Of a DNA stretch of 60,282 nt, positions 36,962-45,609 are shown piece after piece (position 1 is the stretch's first letter; each line of letters begins with the position of its first letter). The stretch comes from Pseudomonadota bacterium (GTDB lineage: Bacteria; Bdellovibrionota_B; Oligoflexia; Oligoflexales; CAIYRB01), in NCBI GenBank assembly GCA_031416315.1, contig JANOTL010000054.1, positions 1 to 60,282 on the forward strand. Direction: 5' to 3'. The notes beneath the pieces were generated by a model. It ran no database searches. It was not told where the DNA came from and saw nothing but the letters and a program-made list of their open reading frames with translations. Made by a program: the position numbers and the translations under genes.

Positions 36962-38893
36962 TCACTCCAGGGGGCGAGTCGCCAGGGCCATGATGCCGAT
37001 CGGCGAGGAAAACCCCTCTCGGGACGCGGCGTAACGGGTGGCCCGCGCCAACTCGTCGAGCTCCAGCTGCTCCTGGTCGGCTTCCGCTTTCTTGCCCATC
37101 CGCTGGTAGCTTTGGAGCCTGAGCCGCCGCGGCGTAACGTAGCCCGGCTCGGCCTTGATCCAGCGGTTCAGGATCACTACGGCGGCGACGTACATCTCTT
37201 TGGCGACGTAGTACTCGGCCTTCAGCATGTCGGCCCAGTAGCGCTGGCCCTTCGTCTGCAGGTGCCGCTCGAGGTCGCGCAGGATCTGCGGCACTTGTTG
37301 CATCTTCCCGCCGCGCGCGAGCGCCATCCCGAGCGCCGCCAAGGACTCCCAGCTCTTCTGCAAGCGATATGCTTCCTGGAACTCGGCCGCCGCGAGCGTC
37401 TGCATGCGCGGCGCCGCATCCTGCATCATGTAGTTGATGCCGCGCATGTGCCGCGAGAAGACGTCCTCGCCGTACGCGCGCTCGTAGACCTGCAAGGCTT
37501 CGTGCGCTTTGTCGTACCGCTCGCCGGAGATCAGAGCGCGGGCCTCCCATTTGGAGAAGCTCTGCGTGGCTCCCGCGCGGTCGGCCGTCTTGCGCAAAAG
37601 CCCGAGGAAAGGCTCCTCCTGGCGCGCTTTCAACGCCTCGGGCCCGAGGATCTCGATCAGCTCGAAATCGCTGCGCGCCCGGATCACGACGTCCTCGCGC
37701 GCCAAGAGGGCTCGTACGATCTTCGGCCGGTCCTTCGCCGTGCTCAGCTCGGCCAGGAGCTTCAGCTTCAGCTTCGGCCCCTCTTCGACCGCCTGCAGGT
37801 CGGCAACGGCCTCGACCACCAGATTCTTCAGCTTCAGCATCTCGCCGCGTGCATAAAGGTCGACGGCTTGCGTCTCGTAAATATGCTTACGAAGTGCCAC
37901 GGCGTCGCGCGGTGCCGCGTCCAGCGCCAGCGTATAGCGCTGATCTGCCGTCTGCGGCTTGCCGTCGAATAGCGCATGCTTCGCGCCCGCGAGCCAGAGC
38001 CGCGCCTGCGCCTTCGGCTCGAGCTTGCCGCGCCCGCCGAACAGGGTGCGCGCCGCGTTTGCCGGCAAGTCGTTCTGGTCGACGGCGAGCAAAGCCCGCG
38101 CCACGCAGGCATTGTTCTGCGCCCAGCGCTGGCAGCGGTTCTTGACGAGGCGCGCGGCTTCCTTCGGCTTTCCCTGGCGCAGAGCGGCGACGATCATCGT
38201 CTGCTGCGCATCGGCCAACGCGTCGACCGGCTTTTTCGCGTTCAACTCGGCTTCCGTCGCCTTGTCGATCTGTGCGCGCAAGGGTTCCATCGCCTGCGAA
38301 GCGCCGGCGGGATCGTCGATCAGGAGGAAGCAGTCGGCGAGCTTCACCCGCTGCGCGACGACGAGCTTCTCGCCCGTGTTCGAGGCGCCGCGCAGCGTCT
38401 TACAGTCGGCAGAGAGCGCGACGGCTTTCGCGCTCGCCTTGCGCGTCGTCGCCGCGAGTTTTTTCCCGAAGGCCGGGCGCTTCTCGTCCACAGGCGCGCT
38501 TTCGCCGCCGTCCTCGGCGGCCTCCGTATCGTCTTCGACCTTGGCGGCCGCCTTCTTCTTTTTCCCCTGGTAGCGAATCGACGTGATCGCCTCTTTCGCT
38601 CGGATGAAGCTCTTCACGGCGAACTTCCGCATGCTCGGCACCGCCGCCACCGCGCAGACCCCGAGGATCAGGACCGCGATCAGGACGTACTTGCCGAAGC
38701 TCCGCGCATTCTGCGCTCGCGCATCGAACATCACGGTTCCTAGGCGCGTCGCCTCGTTCTGCTCCTGGGCGAAGCCCATGCCGCCGAATTCCTGCGCCGG
38801 CGCCGATCGGCGCGGCGCGACCGACGCCGGGGGCGGCGCTCCGCCGAGGATCGGCGAGCGGATCTGTCCAGAGCGTTTCGGAGCGTCGGTCAC
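36962..38893 (-). CDS. Membrane-anchored all-helical (TPR-like) protein
   Basis: One N-terminal TM segment, then Ala/Leu-rich helical repeats. GTG 38893 follows AAGGAG (the ORF track starts at 38932). Confidence 0.65.
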   Translation of the reverse strand: MTDAPKRSGQIRSPILGGAPPPASVAPRRSAPAQEFGGMGFAQEQNEATRLGTVMFDARAQNARSFGKYVLIAVLILGVCAVAAVPSMRKFAVKSFIRAKEAITSIRYQGKKKKAAAKVEDDTEAAEDGGESAPVDEKRPAFGKKLAATTRKASAKAVALSADCKTLRGASNTGEKLVVAQRVKLADCFLLIDDPAGASQAMEPLRAQIDKATEAELNAKKPVDALADAQQTMIVAALRQGKPKEAARLVKNRCQRWAQNNACVARALLAVDQNDLPANAARTLFGGRGKLEPKAQARLWLAGAKHALFDGKPQTADQRYTLALDAAPRDAVALRKHIYETQAVDLYARGEMLKLKNLVVEAVADLQAVEEGPKLKLKLLAELSTAKDRPKIVRALLAREDVVIRARSDFELIEILGPEALKARQEEPFLGLLRKTADRAGATQSFSKWEARALISGERYDKAHEALQVYERAYGEDVFSRHMRGINYMMQDAAPRMQTLAAAEFQEAYRLQKSWESLAALGMALARGGKMQQVPQILRDLERHLQTKGQRYWADMLKAEYYVAKEMYVAAVVILNRWIKAEPGYVTPRRLRLQSYQRMGKKAEADQEQLELDELARATRYAASREGFSSPIGIMALATRPLE

Positions 38894-38917
38894 GGGCAGG
38901 GCGGTCTCCTTCCCAGA

Positions 38918-38944
38918 TATTCGGCAATCCATTCAATAGCTTGA
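38918..38944 (-). promoter_or_regulatory. sigma28-like promoter
   Basis: Minus strand TCAA-N15-GCCGAATA. Confidence 0.5.
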
Positions 38945-38994
38945 ATCGAAGCCGCCGCACCCGGCTTGGCACTTTCCCCCAGGCGCCGCCAAAC

Positions 38995-39522
38995 TCACCG
39001 CCGTTTCGGCGCGATCGTGACCTCGAAATGCCCGCGCAAAGGCACGCCGCGGACCTTTACGTCGGCCGGCGATTCGTCCAGGGCGGTAATCACGTCGGCA
39101 TAGCGCTGCTTCACGTGCCGGTGCACCTCCCGCGGCAGGACCGAGCCGCCTGGACCGCTGTGGAGCCCTTTCCCCGTGATGATGCGGAAGCGGACCGGCC
39201 CCTTCCGTCCCGTCAGGGCGGCGGCGATCTCCAAGTCCACGGCCAAGGTGGCCTCGTCGAGGCGCTTTCCGTGCAGGTCGATCTCAACGACGCCTCCATC
39301 CCCCCCGGACCCGCGCTTCTCGGCCTTGCGCGGCGCCTCGTCCTCCTCCCAGAGGTCCCAGCTCTTAGGCTCAACCTGCTTCATCGATTCGAGAAAGAGC
39401 TGCTCGGCGTCCGATTCGAGCTCGATCCGCACGCCGGGCTCGCGCGTCGGCGGGGCCGGCGCCTCGCTCACGCGAACTCCGAGCTTCCGCAACCGGCGTT
39501 TTTCCTTGTTTCCGCTCCCCAT
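38995..39522 (-). CDS. Smr/MutS2 C-terminal domain protein
   Basis: IDLHG, IITGKGLHS, VL. Confidence 0.88.
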   Translation of the reverse strand: MGSGNKEKRRLRKLGVRVSEAPAPPTREPGVRIELESDAEQLFLESMKQVEPKSWDLWEEDEAPRKAEKRGSGGDGGVVEIDLHGKRLDEATLAVDLEIAAALTGRKGPVRFRIITGKGLHSGPGGSVLPREVHRHVKQRYADVITALDESPADVKVRGVPLRGHFEVTIAPKRR

Positions 39523-39531
39523 CGCCCTACT

Positions 39532-39558
39532 TTACACAGCCCACGACTTGCTGTGTAA
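39532..39558. promoter_or_regulatory. Perfect 9-bp inverted repeat in the smr/mtnD divergent spacer
   Basis: TTACACAGC-N9-GCTGTGTAA. Confidence 0.55.
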
Positions 39559-39581
39559 TGCCGACGCTTTTGGAGGGTCCC

Positions 39582-40076
39582 ATGGCCAAGCTCGAATTCC
39601 GCGGCAAAGAGTACACCCAGGAAACCGACATCAAGAACGTGATGGGGGAGTACGGGGTCCAATACGAGCGCTGGGGCGTCCGCGCCTCCGCCGGCGCCGC
39701 TGACGACGAGGTCCTGACGATCTACAAGGACGACGTGGCCAAGCTTCAGCGCGAGCGAGGCTACCTGACGGCGGACATGATCGCCCTGCGCCCGGAGACG
39801 CCGAGCCTCGACGTCATCCTGGCGAAGTTCGACAAAGAGCATCATCACGCCGACGACGAGGTGCGCTTTACCGTCGAAGGCGAGGGCGTCTTCGAGATCT
39901 CCACGGCGAAGGACGACGGCCCCATGATGAAGTTCACGGCGGAGCCCGGCGACCTCATCGTCATTCCCGCGAACCGCCGTCACCTCTTTTATCTGACGCC
40001 GAAGAAAACCATCCGCACGATCCGCGTGTTCAAGACGAAAGAGGGCTGGGAAGCGATCTACCAAAAGCTTTCTTGA
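39582..40076 (+). CDS. mtnD: Acireductone dioxygenase (cupin)
   Basis: KFDKEHHHADDEVRF, GDLIVIPANRRH, GWEA; GGAGGG RBS. Confidence 0.85.
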   Translation: MAKLEFRGKEYTQETDIKNVMGEYGVQYERWGVRASAGAADDEVLTIYKDDVAKLQRERGYLTADMIALRPETPSLDVILAKFDKEHHHADDEVRFTVEGEGVFEISTAKDDGPMMKFTAEPGDLIVIPANRRHLFYLTPKKTIRTIRVFKTKEGWEAIYQKLS

Positions 40077-40152
40077 CAGAGCGAATCGCATAGTTAAGGA
40101 TCTGTTTTCCATTCGCCGAGCCTTGGCAAAAATGCCGCAGATGCGGACCTGT

Positions 40153-40184
40153 TTATCCACAGGTTCTCCACATCCTGTGGATAA
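40153..40184. promoter_or_regulatory. Cluster of three DnaA boxes
   Basis: TTATCCACA (40153-61), TTCTCCACA (40164-72, one mismatch), TGTGGATAA (40176-84, perfect, inverted). Confidence 0.85.
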
Positions 40185-40202
40185 CTTTTTTGGATTTATC
40201 CT

Positions 40203-40793
40203 ATGGCGCCTTCGGCCGAGCATCTCGAGCAGCTCTCCAATGTCGTGAGGGCCAAAGCTTTCCTCGGTCGCGAGTTCCTGACCTGGCTCTGGTACTGCGC
40301 CGAGACCCGCGACGGCTCCCTGAAGGTCTCCGCCAAAGGCCGCCAGGACGATCTCGAGATCGACTTCTGGATCGGCGACCGCATGTCGCTCGAGTCCTCG
40401 AGCGGCCTCACCCTCGACCATACGATCAAGGGCGGCGACCCCAGCCAATGCCGGGAGGCCCGCCTGGCCCTAGCCAGCGGCAAGAGCGTCCGCGAGCTGA
40501 AGCTCGTCATGGCCGTTCACGGCTACGGCGAGTTTTCGACCATGCTGAGCAGCGACGAGCTGAACCCCCGCTCCCTGAAGCTCCCGCAGCTGGAGGACGG
40601 CTCGGAGGCGGCCAAGGGCGACACCATGCCTATCCTGGTCCGCCTGAAGCAGACCGAGGCCTTCCTCGGCGCCCTCGATGGGCTTTTTGCCAAATTCCTC
40701 GCGGTCCGGACCGGCGACGATTGGGAAGACGGCGAATTGAAGCGCATGCGCGATTGGATCCGCACGCGCGCCGAGGCTGAGCTCCTCCACTAA
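40203..40793 (+). CDS. RdgC-like (deltaproteobacterial-type) protein
   Basis: FLGREFLTWLWY, EARLALASGK, SLKLP, F...R...W; matches my recollection of this family. Confidence 0.6.
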   Translation: MAPSAEHLEQLSNVVRAKAFLGREFLTWLWYCAETRDGSLKVSAKGRQDDLEIDFWIGDRMSLESSSGLTLDHTIKGGDPSQCREARLALASGKSVRELKLVMAVHGYGEFSTMLSSDELNPRSLKLPQLEDGSEAAKGDTMPILVRLKQTEAFLGALDGLFAKFLAVRTGDDWEDGELKRMRDWIRTRAEAELLH

Positions 40794-40818
40794 AGGCCGA
40801 GGCGGGGAAGGTCGATAC
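40791..40818 (+). promoter_or_regulatory. sigma28-like promoter
   Basis: TAAA-N16-GTCGATAC; the TAAA overlaps the upstream stop codon. Confidence 0.35.
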
Positions 40819-40842
40819 GTCCGTAACTCTTAGGAGCTACGG

Positions 40843-42801
40843 ATGAATCGGTATGTCATCGCCTGCGCGCTGAGCGCGACCGCCTGCGGCGGCGCCAAGA
40901 CGCGCGACGTCCTGCTCAGCTCCGAGGTGCGCCTGGAAGGCAGGTTCACGCCGCGGGTCGCCGGCGCGCCGCTCACCGCTTACACGCTCGACGCGAACGG
41001 CGTACGCGTCCCCGCCGCGAGCTTCGCGTTCGACCAGGCCACGAATCACTTCACCGCCCAAGTCGATGCGACCCAGGTCCAAACTAACTTCGTCGTGACA
41101 CCACTCGACCGCGTTCTCTCGCCAAACCTCGCGGTCGCGGGAGATTACGCCATCGGCCGTCTCGACGAGGCCAGCGCGGGAATCGTCAGCGTCGAGATCG
41201 GCCCGCCGCCAGGCGCCCTCGTCGTCACCGGCCCGCTCGGAGGCTACGCCAAGTTCGAGCTTCTCGTGAAGCGCTCGAGCGCTTTTACCGAGCGCGTCGG
41301 CGCGGTCCTGCCGATCGCGCTGGGATCGAACCCTTCGGCGGCCGCCGCTCGCGCGCGCGTCACGACCTATGACGGCGTGCCGATCGCGGGTGCGCGAGTG
41401 TTCTCGGTAGAAAGCGTCGTCGCCGCCAACGGCGCCTCGGCCATCAACGACCCGTTCGCGCCGGGGAGCAACCGGCTCGTCGCGACGACGACCGACGCTT
41501 TCGGCGAAGCCGTCGTCTTTCCCGTCCCGATAGACGCGACGACCCGCGCTTTCCAGCTCGTCGCCGACGCGCCCGGCTACTGCACGCAGACGACGAATCT
41601 GCAGCAGATGAAGTCCTCGATCGACCCGAACTTCGTCTACGTCCTGAAGCTCGCCGTATGCGACCGCTCGACGCGCCTCCAGGCGCCCGACATCCTGGTC
41701 GAGATCAGCCCGAAGAACAACACTCGTGACGACCTCGGGCAAACGGTCGCGCTCGTGCGCGCCGGCGTCCCGCTCGTCGTGAACCTGCGCCTGCGGAACA
41801 CCGTCGTCGGGCCGATCGTCGCCAACGTCTACGCCGGCATCGCCGCGATCGGCGCGCCCTTGTCGAGCGTCGTCTACGGCTCGGTAGAGGACGAGGCCGC
41901 GGTCAAGTTGCCCGAAGTCGACGGGGAATACTTCGTGACCTTCGCACCGCTGTCGAACCCTGAGAACGCGCCCGTTCGCGGCGTACGCGTCAGCCGCGGC
42001 TCCGTCGTCCCGGTCGCCCTAGCCGGCGATTTCACCGCCACCGGTCCGGGCGGCACGCCCGACGTGCTTTCCGGCTTCGCCGGCAAGAACTTCGTCGTCT
42101 CCTACGCGGGCTGCACCGGTGCCGAGTCGATCAGCTTCTTTTTCGACAAGCAGATCACCGAGCCGACCTTGCCGTTCGTCCCTTGCGATCCGGCCGGCAA
42201 CAGCTTCGACCCCGCCGAGTTCGGCTTGGACGAAGCGACCGGCCCGCAGGTGATGGCCTTCTTCGTCCGCGACATCTTCGGCAACGCCAGCGCCGTCGAC
42301 GCCGGAGGCGCGAACGAGCGCGAGGTTTTCGTCGACGTCTCGCCGCCGCTCCTCTCGGAGACGGCGCCTTCCTACACCGTCGATTTCGGTTTCGCGCCGG
42401 CCGTCGATGCGCCCGGCACGAACGCTTCGCCCTACGTCTTCCAACGCTCCGCCGCCGCGCTCGTACGCATCACGCCGGCGACGATCTCCAACTTCGTTCT
42501 GCGCTTCGCCCGTCCTAGCGCCTGCGTCAGCGCGCCCGAGCCCGGCGCGGGGGTCGCCGACGCCCGCGACGTCGCCATCGGCTTCTTCCAGATCGTCCGC
42601 TCCGGCGTGAGCAGCTTCGCAATTTGCGGCAATGACCTGCCGCTCGCGGCCGGCGACCTGCGCTTCCCGGAGGACGCGACCGCCAGCGCCAACTTCCTCC
42701 TGACCGTCAAGGACCTGGTCGGCAACACGGCGGAGCCATCGGTCTACGAGCTGCCGTCGTGCGCGAATCCGGCGGCTTCGGCGGCTTGTTGGGAGCCTTG
42801 A
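40843..42801 (+). CDS. Large beta-rich hypothetical lipoprotein
   Basis: AGGAG RBS; lipobox ATAC; Ig-like signatures (VRDIFGN, VKDLVGN). Confidence 0.7.
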   Translation: MNRYVIACALSATACGGAKTRDVLLSSEVRLEGRFTPRVAGAPLTAYTLDANGVRVPAASFAFDQATNHFTAQVDATQVQTNFVVTPLDRVLSPNLAVAGDYAIGRLDEASAGIVSVEIGPPPGALVVTGPLGGYAKFELLVKRSSAFTERVGAVLPIALGSNPSAAAARARVTTYDGVPIAGARVFSVESVVAANGASAINDPFAPGSNRLVATTTDAFGEAVVFPVPIDATTRAFQLVADAPGYCTQTTNLQQMKSSIDPNFVYVLKLAVCDRSTRLQAPDILVEISPKNNTRDDLGQTVALVRAGVPLVVNLRLRNTVVGPIVANVYAGIAAIGAPLSSVVYGSVEDEAAVKLPEVDGEYFVTFAPLSNPENAPVRGVRVSRGSVVPVALAGDFTATGPGGTPDVLSGFAGKNFVVSYAGCTGAESISFFFDKQITEPTLPFVPCDPAGNSFDPAEFGLDEATGPQVMAFFVRDIFGNASAVDAGGANEREVFVDVSPPLLSETAPSYTVDFGFAPAVDAPGTNASPYVFQRSAAALVRITPATISNFVLRFARPSACVSAPEPGAGVADARDVAIGFFQIVRSGVSSFAICGNDLPLAAGDLRFPEDATASANFLLTVKDLVGNTAEPSVYELPSCANPAASAACWEP

Positions 42802-42830
42802 CCAAGCCCTCCGCTCCTCCGGAGATCGTC

Positions 42831-44126
42831 TCAGGGTACGTAGCCGACGCCGACCGCGACCCACTTCATCACGTCTTTGATCGTCTTCGATTGCGATTTG
42901 CCCGTCGGGGCCAGCGGGTCGATCGTGACGCTGTCGGAGCGATAGGTCATCCCGGCGCGCATGTCGACGGCGATTCCGCCCTGACCCGTCGGTCGCGGCC
43001 ACCGGACGCCGCCCCAGAGCTCGGCCTCGAGACGCGACCACTTGCCGGTCGTCGCGACGGGAGCGGCACCGTCGCCGGTCTCCTTCAAGCTCACCGTGTG
43101 CGCGATCGGCACATCGACGCCTAGGCCGAGGTGGAAGCCGTCGAAAGGGCTGACGACGCCGCCGAGGTAGGCTCCGGCGCCTTTGGTCGTAAGCTCCAAG
43201 CTCAGGTCGCCCGGGTTGCCGACGCTCTTGGCCTCTGAGGACGTGAGCTTGTCGGAGCGCTGCTCGGAGGCCGTGATCAAGAGCAAGGCGCGCGACGGTA
43301 GCTTCGACGCGAAAGTCGGGCGGAAGGCGAGCTGGAGCTTCTGCGTCGAGCCTTCCATCTTGAAGCGCGTCCTCTGCGAGGAGCCGAGCGACTTGCCGAC
43401 TAGCTCGGCTTTCTGCTGCTTCACCAGGGAGACGCGCAAGCCGAACCAGTTCAAGATCGAGTCTGGCGCCAAGAGCGGCAAGAAGAGCTCGAGCTCGCCG
43501 CCGACCGTCTCGACCTCCTGACGCAGATCGGATCCGGTCATGAGGTCGTAAGCCGCGCCACGGTAGCTCTCGGTGCGCACACCCAAAAGGACGAGCGGAT
43601 TGCGATCGTGAGCGACGTTACCGCCGCCGCCGCCGCCACCGCCTTCCATGGAGCCGAGGGCGAATCGCTTCAAATAGACGCGCAGGTCGTTCTCGCGCAC
43701 GACCGGCTTACCGATAAGCTCGTTCTTCTTGAAGCCCGCGCGCAAGGCGACGAGCTCGCACTGGGCCATCGTGCGCTTGCGGCTGACTTTGCGGGCCACG
43801 AGCTCGCCGAGGATGGAGTTGTATTCGTCGCTGAGGACAAAAAACTTCTCGTCCTGCGTCATCTTCGTCATGCCGACGACCTTGATCAGCGGCGCCGCGG
43901 CCTCGACGCGGCCGACCCTGACGGGCTTCGAGCCCCAGGCCGGGCCGTTGGGGTCGGCGCCGGGCGGCGGCAACTTCACGGGAGCCCCCTCTTCAGGGGG
44001 CGCCTCGCTGTCGGCCGCATCGTCGGGCTTCACCTTCTTCCGTTTGGCGAATGCGGGCTCGCTCCATGTCGAGGACACGGCGAGAAACGCGCACAAAAGG
44101 GCCGGGAGTGGATTTCGCAGGATCAT
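42831..44126 (-). CDS. Secreted protein with a C-terminal outer-membrane beta-barrel-like region
   Basis: Signal peptide, Pro-rich and poly-Gly linkers, amphipathic strands ending VAVGVGYVP. Confidence 0.65.
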   Translation of the reverse strand: MILRNPLPALLCAFLAVSSTWSEPAFAKRKKVKPDDAADSEAPPEEGAPVKLPPPGADPNGPAWGSKPVRVGRVEAAAPLIKVVGMTKMTQDEKFFVLSDEYNSILGELVARKVSRKRTMAQCELVALRAGFKKNELIGKPVVRENDLRVYLKRFALGSMEGGGGGGGGNVAHDRNPLVLLGVRTESYRGAAYDLMTGSDLRQEVETVGGELELFLPLLAPDSILNWFGLRVSLVKQQKAELVGKSLGSSQRTRFKMEGSTQKLQLAFRPTFASKLPSRALLLITASEQRSDKLTSSEAKSVGNPGDLSLELTTKGAGAYLGGVVSPFDGFHLGLGVDVPIAHTVSLKETGDGAAPVATTGKWSRLEAELWGGVRWPRPTGQGGIAVDMRAGMTYRSDSVTIDPLAPTGKSQSKTIKDVMKWVAVGVGYVP

Positions 44127-44190
44127 ATCGAATATTATCGAAGGAAATCCCCGCCAGCGCCATCCCCCCACCAGATCTCGAGTTGGACCC

Positions 44191-45573
44191 ATGCAGACAG
44201 GCCCCCTGCAGACGTTGACGCGTCGCCTCGAAGACGCGAAATTGCCCGCGCTCGTGCGGCGCCCGCTGCTCAATGCGTGGACGCTGGTGCAGGACCTCCT
44301 GCGTTTGGACCTAACCAAACAAGCCAGCGCGATGGCATACGTAACGCTGCTCTCGCTGATCCCGTCCCTGGTGGCCATCTTTTGCGTGCTGTCGCTTTTT
44401 TCGCCGCTCCTAGGCAAAGACGGCAGCCTCGTCGAGCAGCTCCGCGACTTCATCCTGTCGAACCTCGCTCCCGACAGCGGCGGCGCCGCCGTCGACTACC
44501 TCGACCAGATGCTCGGCAACCTGAATCTCTCCACCATCGGCATCTCCTCCTTCGCCTCGGTCCTCGTCACCCTCGTCCTCCTCCTGCGCCAGATCGAGGA
44601 GGCGCTCAACCGCATCTGGCTGGTGCGCAAGGGCAGGAACCCGATCACGCGCTTCATGTATTTTTGGACCTTTCTGACTTTCGGCGCCGTCGTCGTCGGC
44701 GTCGTGGTCGGCTTCGCCACGCGCGGCAGCCTGAAGAAGATGTTCGCGGCGCAGGGCGAGCTCGTCGTGGCGACCCAAGGACAAGGGATCGTCGGCAGCC
44801 TCATCGGCTGGACCGGCAGCTTTCTCTTCTTCCTCTTCCTCTACAAGATCGTGCCAAACTGCCGCGTGATGACGCGCAACGCGGCGATCGGCGCTGCGGT
44901 CTCCGCGGTGTGCCTGAGCGTCGCGTCGAGGATCTATACGGCTTTCGTCATCGGCTCGGCGAGCTACAAGACTCTGTACGGCGCGCTCGCGCAGCTGCCG
45001 ATCTTCTTGATGTGGCTCTACGTCTGCTGGGTGATCATTCTACTCGGGGCGCTCGTCTCCTGGCGCCTGCAGGAAGGCTTTCCGCTCGACGAGAAAGAGG
45101 AATCGCTCGACACGGCGCAGTCGCCAGTGGAGCAGTTGCGCAACGTGCAGGTCAAAGCGACCTTGCCGCTCGTCGCTTTGCTCGCCATCCATCGCAAATT
45201 CACCGACGGCTCGGGCATCGGCCTCTGCGCGCAGGAGCTGGCGCACGCCCTGAAGCTCCCGCTCACCTGGATCGCCGTGGCGATCGACGCGCTCGAATCC
45301 TTCGGTTACGTGGTCCAGGCGAAGCCGAAGGACGGCGACGTCGAGGAGGTCGCTTCCGCCACCGACCCCTACTTTCCGACTGCCTCCGCCGCGACCCTGA
45401 AGATCGAGCGCATCACGACCGATCTCGGCCGCCCGCTCAGCGATTGGATGGCGGGTTGGACCCACGACCTACCTCTCGACATTCCCGCCGCCCTCCAGCT
45501 CTTCCGCGATCTAGAGCTCGGCAAGACCAAAGCGAGGACGCTCGCCGAGGCTTTGAAGATGATCCCGGCTTAG
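44191..45573 (+). CDS. YihY/BrkB family protein with a C-terminal winged-helix-like extension
   Basis: ASAMAYVTLLSLIP, LNRIW, YGALAQLPIFLMWLYVCWVIILLGA; ELAHALKLP...L...GYV. Confidence 0.88.
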   Translation: MQTGPLQTLTRRLEDAKLPALVRRPLLNAWTLVQDLLRLDLTKQASAMAYVTLLSLIPSLVAIFCVLSLFSPLLGKDGSLVEQLRDFILSNLAPDSGGAAVDYLDQMLGNLNLSTIGISSFASVLVTLVLLLRQIEEALNRIWLVRKGRNPITRFMYFWTFLTFGAVVVGVVVGFATRGSLKKMFAAQGELVVATQGQGIVGSLIGWTGSFLFFLFLYKIVPNCRVMTRNAAIGAAVSAVCLSVASRIYTAFVIGSASYKTLYGALAQLPIFLMWLYVCWVIILLGALVSWRLQEGFPLDEKEESLDTAQSPVEQLRNVQVKATLPLVALLAIHRKFTDGSGIGLCAQELAHALKLPLTWIAVAIDALESFGYVVQAKPKDGDVEEVASATDPYFPTASAATLKIERITTDLGRPLSDWMAGWTHDLPLDIPAALQLFRDLELGKTKARTLAEALKMIPA

Positions 45574-45609
45574 GCCGTCCCGAAAGCATGGCGCTCGCGA
45601 GCGCGGGTG

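Noticed and set aside
40077..40202. Chromosomal origin oriC
   Set aside because: Only three DnaA boxes, no extended AT-rich unwinding element and none of the usual origin-flanking genes; kept as a DnaA-box cluster only.
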